A stretch of 63,845 nucleotides of DNA, filler included. It is 4 parts of 4 records of this genome, joined end to end, with 100 filler letters (N's around TTAATTAATTAA, not from the genome) between each part and the next. Parts side by side here need not be neighbours in the genome. Positions count along the whole stretch, not along the records: positions 19,286 to 38,160 come from SRR2962707_2172; positions 38,261 to 58,335 come from SRR2962707_2174; 2 more parts are not named here. One strand, given 5' to 3'. The translations under genes were made by a program, and so were the position numbers. Under the pieces are notes generated by a model. That model did no database searches, had not been told where the DNA came from, and saw only the letters and a program-made list of their open reading frames with translations. The stretch's first letter is position 1, and every line of letters begins with the position of its first letter. Positions 29,493 through 38,318 of this stretch are shown in pieces.

Positions 29493-30214
29493 AGATGACT
29501 GATGAAACCCTGTCGGCTTTCCTCGATAACGAACTGACCGACGCGGAAATGGAAGCGGTTCGGGACCAGATTGAGAAGGATCCAACGCTGGCAGATCGAC
29601 TGGCCGAGATGGCGTCCGTGGATGCCGAACTACAGGCGCATTACGGCTCGATCGATGACCGTCCCATGCCGGCATCAATTACCCGAATGCTGGAGGAAAA
29701 GGCCTCCCGGAGTGCTGCGCCCGCGCAGGACAATGTGGTCACTTTTCCGTGGTGGCGCAGGCTGCCCGGCCACACGGGTAAAGCGATCGCCGCCGCTATC
29801 ATCGCGGGGGTGGCGCTGACACAATGGCTGACGGTAGCAACGGACGGCGATCCGATGTCGCCCGCGGTAGCGAACGTTCTGGATAGCCAGCTCAGTGGCG
29901 AGGTTTACCAGGTTAATGACCAGACAAGCCTGACGCCGAGACTGACGTTCCAGAGCCAGGCCGGCCAATGGTGCCGTCAGTTCCGCCTGGAGACGCAAAC
30001 GTCCGCGTCGGAGCAAATTGCCTGTCGCACTGGCGAGGGTTCCTGGGAACAGGTGGCCACTGCCGAAGCAGAGCCTTCCCTGGCACCTGATGTATACCAG
30101 ACAGCGAGCGGTGGCAGTGTGCTTGACGAGGAACTGGACCGGATGATGGCCACGCCCCCCGTTGGGCCGAACCAGGAGCGTGCGTTGCTTGAACAGCAGT
30201 GGAGGCGTAATTAA
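29489..30214 (+). CDS. Transmembrane anti-sigma factor
   Basis: DETLSAFLDNEL anti-sigma N-terminus; one TM; periplasmic domain with WCRQF..IACR Cys pair; ATGA overlap with sigma. Confidence 0.88.
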   Translation: MKMTDETLSAFLDNELTDAEMEAVRDQIEKDPTLADRLAEMASVDAELQAHYGSIDDRPMPASITRMLEEKASRSAAPAQDNVVTFPWWRRLPGHTGKAIAAAIIAGVALTQWLTVATDGDPMSPAVANVLDSQLSGEVYQVNDQTSLTPRLTFQSQAGQWCRQFRLETQTSASEQIACRTGEGSWEQVATAEAEPSLAPDVYQTASGGSVLDEELDRMMATPPVGPNQERALLEQQWRRN

Positions 30215-30315
30215 CAGTCCTGCGTCCCAGCGGTTTGCGGTTCCGGTGGATGGCAACACGGGGGAATCCAGCTAGTATCAAGGTGTTTATCCTTCGCTGA
30301 CCTGATGGGGCCGTA

Positions 30316-32205
30316 ATGACCGAATACTTTATCCAGGCGTTTATCTATCTGACCGCCGCTGTTGTGGCGGTGCCATTGGCGAAGCGCCTGGGTTTGGGGT
30401 CGGTTTTGGGGTATCTGGTGGCCGGTGTCGTCATCGGTCCGGTGACGGGGCTGGTGGGCCAGGAAACCGCAACCATTCAGCATTTTGCCGAGTTTGGTGT
30501 GGTCATGATGCTGTTTCTGGTGGGCATGGAGCTGGACCCGAAATCCCTCTGGGCCATGCGGATTCGTTTGCTGGGCCTGGGCGGCCTGCAAGTGGTGCTC
30601 ACCTCCGCTGCCGGAATGGCGATTGCCTGGTGGATGGGGCTGCAATGGCAGACCACCGTCGCCGTTGGCCTTATCTTCTCATTGTCTTCCACCGCCATTG
30701 TGCTGCAGACCCTGAACGAGAAGGGGCTTAGCAAAACCGAAGGGGGCCGGGGCGCTTTCTCGGTGCTGTTGTTCCAGGATATTGCGGTCATTCCCATGCT
30801 GGCGGTGATTCCCCTGCTGGCGATATCGGAGTTGGCGGGCGTTGGGGCGACGGACCCCGGGCACCAGGGCGGTTTCAGCCTGGTGGCACATCTACCGGGC
30901 TGGGCTCACGCCCTGGTGGTGATCGGCTCTGTGACTACGGTGATCGTCGGCGGTCATTACCTGAGCCGGCCCCTGTTTCGTTACGTGGTTCAGTCCGGTA
31001 TGCGGGAGGTTTTTACGGCCACCGCGTTAATGCTGGTGATCGGTATTGCCGCGCTGATGAGCGTTGTCAATCTGTCGCCGGCGCTCGGGGCTTTCCTCGC
31101 CGGTGTGGTGCTGGCCAACAGCGAGTTCCGTCACGAACTCGTGGCCAACATCGAGCCCTTCAAAGGGCTACTGCTCGGATTGTTTTTCATCACGGTGGGT
31201 GCCGGTATCAACTTTGAGGTGCTGGCGGCGCAATGGGGCACAGTGATCACATTGGCGCTGGTGGTTATCCTGGTCAAGGCAGCAATTCTGCTGCTCCTGG
31301 CATTGTTATTCGGGCTGCGGGGCCGTGATGGCTGGCTGTTCACCCTCGGGCTGGCCCAGGCCGGCGAATTCGGCTTCGTGCTGCTGACCTACAGCATGCA
31401 GAACAGTGTGATCCCGGCGGACATCGCCCAGCTTCTGGGATTGGTGGTGGCACTGTCCATGTTCCTGACGCCGCTGTTGTTTATTGCCTACGACCGGCTG
31501 ATCTTGCCGCGGTATCGTGAAGCCCGCAATGAGCAGCGGGAAGCCGATGTGATCGAGGAGCAGGCGCCAGTGATTGTGGCCGGGGTTGGACGATTTGGCC
31601 AGATTGTGTGCCGGTTGTTGCGCGCCAACAAGATTCCCATTGTCGCGCTGGATCTGGCCCTGGATCAGATCGAAAACCTGCGACGTATCAACATCAAAAG
31701 CTATTTCGGTGACGCCAGCCATACGGGGTTACTGGAAACGGCGGGCATCGCCCACGCGCGCTTGCTCGTGGTTGCGATTGACGACCGGGATAGAGCCGTG
31801 GCCCTGGTGCACCATGTAAAACAACACTACCCCGGCGTCTGGGTACTGGCACGGGCGTTCGATCGGGGCCATGGCTATCAGTTGCGCCAGGCCGGCGCTG
31901 ACGACGTCGTGAGCGAAACCTACCATTCTGCGGTGGAGCTGGGTGGCCATGCACTGACCGCATTTGGCGTTCACCCATTGCGGTCGCGGCAGATGACCTG
32001 GGCATTTATCAATAATGAGAAGTCCCACGAGGACGAACTGTTCGACGCTTGGAAGGAAATCGAAGAGGGTATCCGCTTTAGCCCCCGTTATGGTGAGCTG
32101 TTCATGAAGCTGGAGGACACCCTGAGTGACGTGATGCAGCAGGACTGGGAACCGCCCAGCCGTGAGGAGGTGCCCTTGTGGTCACCTCCTAAAACGGACG
32201 AGTGA
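30316..32205 (+). CDS. Glutathione-regulated K+ efflux protein KefB/KefC-type (CPA2 antiporter with KTN domain)
   Basis: LGLGSVLGYL, HELVANIEPFKGLLLGLFF, GVGRFGQ. Confidence 0.92.
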   Translation: MTEYFIQAFIYLTAAVVAVPLAKRLGLGSVLGYLVAGVVIGPVTGLVGQETATIQHFAEFGVVMMLFLVGMELDPKSLWAMRIRLLGLGGLQVVLTSAAGMAIAWWMGLQWQTTVAVGLIFSLSSTAIVLQTLNEKGLSKTEGGRGAFSVLLFQDIAVIPMLAVIPLLAISELAGVGATDPGHQGGFSLVAHLPGWAHALVVIGSVTTVIVGGHYLSRPLFRYVVQSGMREVFTATALMLVIGIAALMSVVNLSPALGAFLAGVVLANSEFRHELVANIEPFKGLLLGLFFITVGAGINFEVLAAQWGTVITLALVVILVKAAILLLLALLFGLRGRDGWLFTLGLAQAGEFGFVLLTYSMQNSVIPADIAQLLGLVVALSMFLTPLLFIAYDRLILPRYREARNEQREADVIEEQAPVIVAGVGRFGQIVCRLLRANKIPIVALDLALDQIENLRRINIKSYFGDASHTGLLETAGIAHARLLVVAIDDRDRAVALVHHVKQHYPGVWVLARAFDRGHGYQLRQAGADDVVSETYHSAVELGGHALTAFGVHPLRSRQMTWAFINNEKSHEDELFDAWKEIEEGIRFSPRYGELFMKLEDTLSDVMQQDWEPPSREEVPLWSPPKTDE

Positions 32206-32217
32206 TGTTTGCGATGG

Positions 32218-35200
32218 CTAGTTGGTGCTGAACCGGCGCCGACCCCATCCCATCATAAACAGCAGGGCCAATAACGGCCAGGACATGCTACCGCCGCCAC
32301 CGCCTGACGATGAGTCGTCAGAGGCCGAGCCGGAGGAAATGGAGTTGTCCACTTGCTGGACGTTGTAGGCCGACAGCTCGGCGTCCGGATCAAGGGAGCT
32401 GTAGATCCGCCCCACACCCTCCGCAAAGGCCTCAATTTCAAAAGTATTGTCCAGAAGCTGTCCATCCATGGTGATACGGGTTTGTCTGAGTGTGACCAAC
32501 ACGGCACGCGGCTCGCCGTCTACGCTGGTTGTGGACTCCTCAATCAATTCAATGGTCGTGGTGAAATTGACCTGATTGCCCTGCCGGCCATTGATGTAGC
32601 TGGAGAGGGTGGCACGTGAAGTGACATTCGTGCCCAGCTCAAGCGAGCTGGGGATCATTAGCAGACCATCCCCGTAGGTGATTCGAATCCGATCTCCTTC
32701 CGAATCAACAAACCGGCTTTCAAGCAGATAGACGCCAGTAGTACGACGTACCAGGCGGTCATCGCCATTTGGGAAAATGAACTTGAACATACCTGCGCCG
32801 CTTATGGATTCGCTTCGGAACTGGTAGCCATCCGATGGGTCGGAGAAAACCCAGGTGATGTCCCCCAAGGGGAAAAAGTCCATCGTATTGTGGGTGGGAA
32901 AGTCGTCAGAAACGTCGGGATTGTAACCGGAGGCGACTTCTGAGGCGTTCGTGGCGCCGTCACCGTCATAGTCCTGGGACGCATCATCGGGATTGTATGG
33001 GTCGAGCGCCAGATACTGGTCTTCCAGCGAGTCTGGCAGGCCGTCTCCATCGGAATCGCGGTTGGGATCGTCTGGATCCGGCTCCGGATGAGCACCTGCA
33101 GTAAATGCCAGGTTATCAATCCAGATGGCATCGTCGTAGGAGGAGACGGAGCTGTCCTTGTCGTAAGAGAATCGAATTACGGTGGTACCGGCAGGCACCG
33201 AAATGCTCACCCTACGCCACTCCGGGGTAGAGCCGGAATGGCTTCGGCTAAAGAATTGTTGGCTGCCATTGGTGTATATCCGCAGGTAATCGCAGCAGCG
33301 CTCTGTTGACTCGCGGTAGTCCAGTTCCAGGGTTCCCGCAGGCAAGGGCGTTTCAAAGACCCATTCGATACTGCTTTCCTGATTGTCATCAATAGCGCCT
33401 GAACGCAGGCTGAACTGACCTTCGGAGGCCTGCTGGGAGTCAACGCTCCAATCGGCGTTGCTGGAAACAGAAACGTTGAAATCGTCGGGTACGACACCCA
33501 GTTCAAATCCTTCGCGATAGGGTGTGTCCGCAGGATAATCCTCTTCATCGATCATGGATGTACCGTTGAGGTACTCGCTCAGATTGCTGTAACCGTCTGC
33601 GTCCAGGTCTTCCTGGGCATCGGCACTGTCAAAGGGATCCAGTCCCACTGCGAGTTCGTCTGTGTCGGGGATGCCGTCGTTGTCGGAATCATTGTCACAG
33701 GCGTCGCCAAACTCATCGCCATCATGATTGTCTTGATTGGCATTGGCGGTGTTGGGGCAGTTATCTTCGAGGTCAAACAGCCCGTCGTCGTCAGTGTCCG
33801 CTGTGAAATCGAGTACTGAGATGTCAGGCCCCCCGCTTGCGGCCATTTCAATCGCCACCAGGTGGGCGCCATAGGCCAGAATACGGGTGTCCAGGGCATC
33901 GAATATAGAGTTCTCTTCAAGGAGCTCGTAGTTGTCGGACCAGGTTTGCAGCACGGCATTGCCATCAACTGCTGCAATGGTGTGGAGGGTACCTCCCGTC
34001 CAGGCGGCGTCTGTTATTTCATTGGACAGATAGTTGAGTTCGGCGAGGGAATAGGCGTCGTGGAGCTTGCCTCCGCCGGTCAGCAGCAATTGGCCTGCAG
34101 GGTCGAAGTGCAAAGGTGCGGCTGCGTAGCCGCTGCTGTGATAGGGGGAGTCGCCCTTGCTGCCCAAAAGCCCGGTGGTTGAGCTCAGCTCGGACCATTC
34201 AATGTCATTGGGCGATGTTCCGGACCGGAAGTGATAGATACGCTCGGTGACAGGATTCCATAGGTATTCTGAGCTGGCGTGCCGCCATTCAACGGAGTCC
34301 ACCATTGTTCCGGATGCGTCAAAGCTGTAGAACCGCTCCCAGGCACCGGAGGCATCCACCGCAAAGAGATAATCGCCTGCGGATTCCAGACCCAGAACAC
34401 TTTGTGGCAGGTTGGTGAACGGAGTTTCCTGAAGTGTCCCGGTGGACATGACTATCTGGCTGATCTTTCCACCAGTGTAGCCCAGGTAAAGTCGCCCATG
34501 GGCTGGGGAATACGTCATCCACGTGGGTGGGTTCAGCAGGCCGATGCTGTCAACATAGGTTTGCGTTTCCGCCGACCAGATGTGAATGGCCAGTGTCTCC
34601 CGGTCGGCCAGATACAACAGGCCTTCCTGGCTGTCGAACTCGATGAAATCCGGGATGAAATCCGAAGTTTCCGGATTGGGGGGCTCGCCTGGTGATGGCG
34701 TGGCAAGACTGTCGAGGTCCAATACTTCAACACCGATCTGACTGCTGTTCTCGTAGAAAGCAAAGACAGCGTCACCGTAGCTGGCAATTTTCAGAGGTTG
34801 CTGGTTGAGGCCCATCTGAGCCACTTCCAGCATGGCGTTGTTGTATTGATGAACGGTATTGCCACGGAGCACCAGCAGGTCGCCCTGCCAGAAAGTCATA
34901 TCGTCAAACGCGCCAGCAAGGCTGCCGGCGTAGGTCAGGTCGTTGGCGAAATAAAGGATGCCCTGATTGTCGAGTACGCGACTTTCATCCGGGAACAGGT
35001 AAAGTTGACTGGCACTGGGATAATCTCCGTGGGCGGGGCTGTCCATATCGCTCCCCATTGTGCCATCCGCATTGAGTGGGATTTTAACAATATCGGACGG
35101 TGAAGTGCCGTCTGACCGATAGTACAGCGCTGACTGTGCTGGTGATCCCACAGATCCGGTCCCCCTGTAGAAAACCGTTTTTTCTTCTATGAGTGTGTAA

Positions 35201-35592
35201 TCTGACAGGTTCCGAGCCATGACCCGGTTGAAACCCTGTACCAGATAAAGGGCGTTTCCTACCGCATGGAGTGCCGTCATGTCTTCGCCGGTGTTGGCAA
35301 TGAAAGTCGGTGTCTGCGAATCGAGATCTATTGCGTAGGCACTGCGCCGATAGGCCACATACAGATTGTTACCCTGAATTTCTGCGGCTGTTGGTACGTT
35401 ATTGAGGGGAATATCCGACAACATGGATTGCGACACCATGTCGTAGCGGACGACTTTATTCGGGGCAGCGAAAGTGAAATAAATCACACCATCGTCCTGG
35501 TCGATATCAACCAGCGCAGCGTGAGAAACGGTCGAAAAAAAGCAAAAACACACCAGAAAGAACGCTTTCAGCGCCTTTGGAGAATGTCGCAT
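32218..35592 (-). CDS. Large secreted surface protein with duplicated beta-propeller-like modules, TSP3-type Ca-binding repeats and GlyGly-CTERM anchor
   Basis: Signal peptide; DTDDDG..DNCP, DSDNDG and DSDGDG repeats; C-terminal SSSGGGGGSMSWPLLALLFMMGWGRRR. Confidence 0.85.
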   Translation of the reverse strand: MRHSPKALKAFFLVCFCFFSTVSHAALVDIDQDDGVIYFTFAAPNKVVRYDMVSQSMLSDIPLNNVPTAAEIQGNNLYVAYRRSAYAIDLDSQTPTFIANTGEDMTALHAVGNALYLVQGFNRVMARNLSDYTLIEEKTVFYRGTGSVGSPAQSALYYRSDGTSPSDIVKIPLNADGTMGSDMDSPAHGDYPSASQLYLFPDESRVLDNQGILYFANDLTYAGSLAGAFDDMTFWQGDLLVLRGNTVHQYNNAMLEVAQMGLNQQPLKIASYGDAVFAFYENSSQIGVEVLDLDSLATPSPGEPPNPETSDFIPDFIEFDSQEGLLYLADRETLAIHIWSAETQTYVDSIGLLNPPTWMTYSPAHGRLYLGYTGGKISQIVMSTGTLQETPFTNLPQSVLGLESAGDYLFAVDASGAWERFYSFDASGTMVDSVEWRHASSEYLWNPVTERIYHFRSGTSPNDIEWSELSSTTGLLGSKGDSPYHSSGYAAAPLHFDPAGQLLLTGGGKLHDAYSLAELNYLSNEITDAAWTGGTLHTIAAVDGNAVLQTWSDNYELLEENSIFDALDTRILAYGAHLVAIEMAASGGPDISVLDFTADTDDDGLFDLEDNCPNTANANQDNHDGDEFGDACDNDSDNDGIPDTDELAVGLDPFDSADAQEDLDADGYSNLSEYLNGTSMIDEEDYPADTPYREGFELGVVPDDFNVSVSSNADWSVDSQQASEGQFSLRSGAIDDNQESSIEWVFETPLPAGTLELDYRESTERCCDYLRIYTNGSQQFFSRSHSGSTPEWRRVSISVPAGTTVIRFSYDKDSSVSSYDDAIWIDNLAFTAGAHPEPDPDDPNRDSDGDGLPDSLEDQYLALDPYNPDDASQDYDGDGATNASEVASGYNPDVSDDFPTHNTMDFFPLGDITWVFSDPSDGYQFRSESISGAGMFKFIFPNGDDRLVRRTTGVYLLESRFVDSEGDRIRITYGDGLLMIPSSLELGTNVTSRATLSSYINGRQGNQVNFTTTIELIEESTTSVDGEPRAVLVTLRQTRITMDGQLLDNTFEIEAFAEGVGRIYSSLDPDAELSAYNVQQVDNSISSGSASDDSSSGGGGGSMSWPLLALLFMMGWGRRRFSTN

Positions 35593-35877
35593 ACAACGTT
35601 CCCTGTTTAAGTGACTGGACAACGATACTGAACGCGGATCAGGCGTTCTTCACACACATCACGTGCGTCGTGCACGGTATGATGTTAATTGATTAAGGAT
35701 AGTTAATCATCCGCGGCATTAACTTGATAGATGTCTCATTGGGGAAACCCCAGTCTGTTGATTCTCCACTGAAGGTTCTGTTCATTCATGCAAATACAGC
35801 TATCACATTTGTGGAATATCTGTTCGTTTTTGAAAGGGGTAGTCTGAATTCACTGAAACACGAAGGAGAATTCAGAC

Positions 35878-36627
35878 ATGAAGGTACTGATTGTACTGGC
35901 CCACCCGGAAAGGCGGTCATTCAGTGGGGGTTTGGTGGATGTGGCTACGGAAACCCTGAATCTGGCGGGGCACGAGGTAGAAATAGACGATCTCTATGGG
36001 GAAGGTTTTGATCCGGTGGAGCGTTCGTCGTGGTATGGCAAGCGTCAGGATGAGTGCTATTTTGCTCCGCTGACGGAGCAGCGGGCTCACTATGATGCCA
36101 ATGCATTACCTCAAGACGTGCAGCGTGAGATAGCCAGGCTGAATTGGGCCGATCTGGTGATTTTCCAGTTTCCGCTATGGTGGCATTCTCAACCCGCCAT
36201 ATTGAAGGGCTGGTTTGATCGTGTGTTGGTCTATGGCGGACTTTACTCGGGAAGCATGCGCTATGATCGTGGCTATTTTCGCGGTAAACAGGCGATGTGT
36301 TCCGTGACCACAGGTTCGCCGGAGCAGGCGTTCATGCCATTTGGCCGCGCCGGCAATATGGTGGAATGGCTGTGGCCGGTTCATTCTTCACTGTATTACG
36401 TGGGCTATGACGTGCTGGCACCGCACATAAGCTATGGGGTGCAGGGTGGCGGCATCCGCTATCAGGAGGAAGGCGCGTTCCGGGACCATCTGGAGGCACT
36501 GAAAGACCAGTGGGCGCACCGGTTGTCGGGGATTGAACAGGACGCGCCAATTCCCTTTACTGGCTGGAATGACTGGGACGATGCCGGAGTGCTCAAACAC
36601 TCGAATCCGACGCGTTGGCGGTTGTGA
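35878..36627 (+). CDS. NAD(P)H:quinone oxidoreductase, flavodoxin-2 family
   Basis: VLAHPE..SFS, DLYGEGFDP, FQFPLWW..PAILKGWFDRV. Confidence 0.93.
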   Translation: MKVLIVLAHPERRSFSGGLVDVATETLNLAGHEVEIDDLYGEGFDPVERSSWYGKRQDECYFAPLTEQRAHYDANALPQDVQREIARLNWADLVIFQFPLWWHSQPAILKGWFDRVLVYGGLYSGSMRYDRGYFRGKQAMCSVTTGSPEQAFMPFGRAGNMVEWLWPVHSSLYYVGYDVLAPHISYGVQGGGIRYQEEGAFRDHLEALKDQWAHRLSGIEQDAPIPFTGWNDWDDAGVLKHSNPTRWRL

Positions 36628-36693
36628 GCAACGTTGTGATTTGCCCTGAGAAGACTATGCTTGAGCTAAGGCCCGGCAGAGGAGAGCATCGCC

Positions 36694-37800
36694 TTGGCAC
36701 AACAACGGGACGTCACGGTCTTTTACGATGAACGGGTATTGGCCCATCACCCCGATACCAACATGGATTTCCTGCCCGGCCGCCTGGACAAACGGGTACG
36801 TTCCATTCTTTCAGGCCTCAATGTGCAGTGGAAGTACCCCGAGCATCCAGGCCGTATTACCGCGATCATGGACTTGCTCGCCCGTGATCCCGTTCCCGGT
36901 GTCCGGATCGAGCCTGGTAAGGCGGCAACGCCGGATCAGTTGAGCCGGGTTCATACGACTTCGTTCCTGGACGACATATTCTCATTGCGGGACGAAAGTG
37001 CGTGGCTGGATGTGGATACCACAGCCGTTTCACCGGGCAGTGTTGAAGCTGCCGAAGTGGCTGCAGGCACGGCCATCGCAGCCGTGGAAGCGGTGGTTGA
37101 GGGCCGAACGAACAGCGCCTTCGCAATGGTCAGGCCGCCTGGTCACCATGCTGAGCCAGTACGCGCAAGGGGGTTCTGCCTCTTCAATAATGTTGCCGTT
37201 GCGGCTGCACACGCGCAGGCGGAGCTGGGCTGTGAACGGGTATTGATCGTCGACTGGGACGCCCACCATGGCAATGGTACCCAGGACATCTTCTGGGCGG
37301 ATCCGGACACCATGTTTTTTGATATTCACCGGGCCGCACCGTTTTACCCAGGCAGTGGCGCGTTAACCGACGTAGGCGCCGGCCTGGGCGAGGGCACCAC
37401 CATTAACGTGCCCATGCCCGGTGGCGCGGGCGATGTCGCTTACCTGAAAGCGCTGCGGGAGATACTGGTACCCGCCGCAGACTACTTCAAACCGGACCTG
37501 GTACTGGTTTCCGCCGGCTTTGATGCCCATTGGTACGACCTGGCGCTCAATGTGTCCTACGAAGGCTTCTCAGCCATGACGGGCATTGTGCAGGAAATTG
37601 CGGACAAGCACTGTAACGGCCGGCTGGTCATGGTGCTGGAGGGCGGTTACAATACCGAATCATTGTCTCATGGCGTGCACGCAGTGCTTCGGGCACTGGC
37701 CGGTGGCACGTTGGCGGAACCAAGGGTCTGCGGCATGGAAGAAGTGGACACTGCCATCGATTTTCATAAGGGCGCCTTCGAGCCCGATAACACGGATTAG
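36694..37800 (+). CDS. Histone deacetylase-family (class II-like) amidohydrolase
   Basis: RPPGHH, GFCLFNN, DWDAHHGNGTQ, SAGFDAH, LEGGY; TTG start after GAGGAG. Confidence 0.93.
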   Translation: MAQQRDVTVFYDERVLAHHPDTNMDFLPGRLDKRVRSILSGLNVQWKYPEHPGRITAIMDLLARDPVPGVRIEPGKAATPDQLSRVHTTSFLDDIFSLRDESAWLDVDTTAVSPGSVEAAEVAAGTAIAAVEAVVEGRTNSAFAMVRPPGHHAEPVRARGFCLFNNVAVAAAHAQAELGCERVLIVDWDAHHGNGTQDIFWADPDTMFFDIHRAAPFYPGSGALTDVGAGLGEGTTINVPMPGGAGDVAYLKALREILVPAADYFKPDLVLVSAGFDAHWYDLALNVSYEGFSAMTGIVQEIADKHCNGRLVMVLEGGYNTESLSHGVHAVLRALAGGTLAEPRVCGMEEVDTAIDFHKGAFEPDNTD

Positions 37801-37829
37801 TCCTTCTCTGCAGCCTTCCCAAAAATAAA

Positions 37830-37866
37830 ATAGCGGTTTCCTATCGAACGGCTAAAAACAATCAAT
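37830..37866 (+). promoter_or_regulatory. OxyR binding site upstream of ahpC
   Basis: ATAG-N7-CTAT-N7-CTAA-N7-CAAT versus consensus ATAG-N7-CTAT-N7-ATAG-N7-CTAT. Confidence 0.7.
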
Positions 37867-37947
37867 TTGAATGTTTTTGATCAAATCAATACTTTAGCCA
37901 ACTCAAGTTAGCCAATGCCTAAACTCAACCAACGGGAGATATCTACT

Positions 37948-38160
37948 ATGGGTATGATTAACAGCGAAATTAAACCGTTCAACGCCACCGCCTTTAAAGG
38001 CGGCGAGTTCGTTGAAATTTCTGAAGCCGACGTAAAAGGTAAGTGGTCTGTCTTCTTCTTCTACCCGGCCGACTTCACTTTCGTATGCCCGACCGAGCTG
38101 GGCGACGTTGCCGACAAGTATGAAGAGCTGCAGAAGCTGGGTGTGGAAGTATTCTCCGTA
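37948..38160 (+). CDS. ahpC: Alkyl hydroperoxide reductase C, 5' part
   Basis: [17 protein letters not shown] peroxidatic motif; truncated at contig end. Confidence 0.96.
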
Positions 38161-38260
38161 NNNNNNNNNNNNNNNNNNNNNNNNNNNNNNNNNNNNNNNN
38201 NNNNTTAATTAATTAANNNNNNNNNNNNNNNNNNNNNNNNNNNNNNNNNNNNNNNNNNNN
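38161..38260. other. Artificial contig linker
   Basis: N44-TTAATTAATTAA-N44; abrupt drop in GC after it. Confidence 0.98.
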
Positions 38261-38318
38261 GGGCAAAGATAGATAAATCCTTGCCCTCTGTGCAAATTTT
38301 AAGAAAATTAAATAGAAA

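Noticed and set aside
35878-36627. Flavodoxin-2 protein as the KefF/KefG partner of the nearby KefB/C
   Set aside because: 249 aa, longer than KefF/G; lies downstream and is separated by a 3.4-kb opposite-strand gene
37877-37889. FNR-like box before ahpC (TTGAT-CAA-ATCAA)
   Set aside because: Spacer is 3 nt rather than 4; the OxyR site explains the region better
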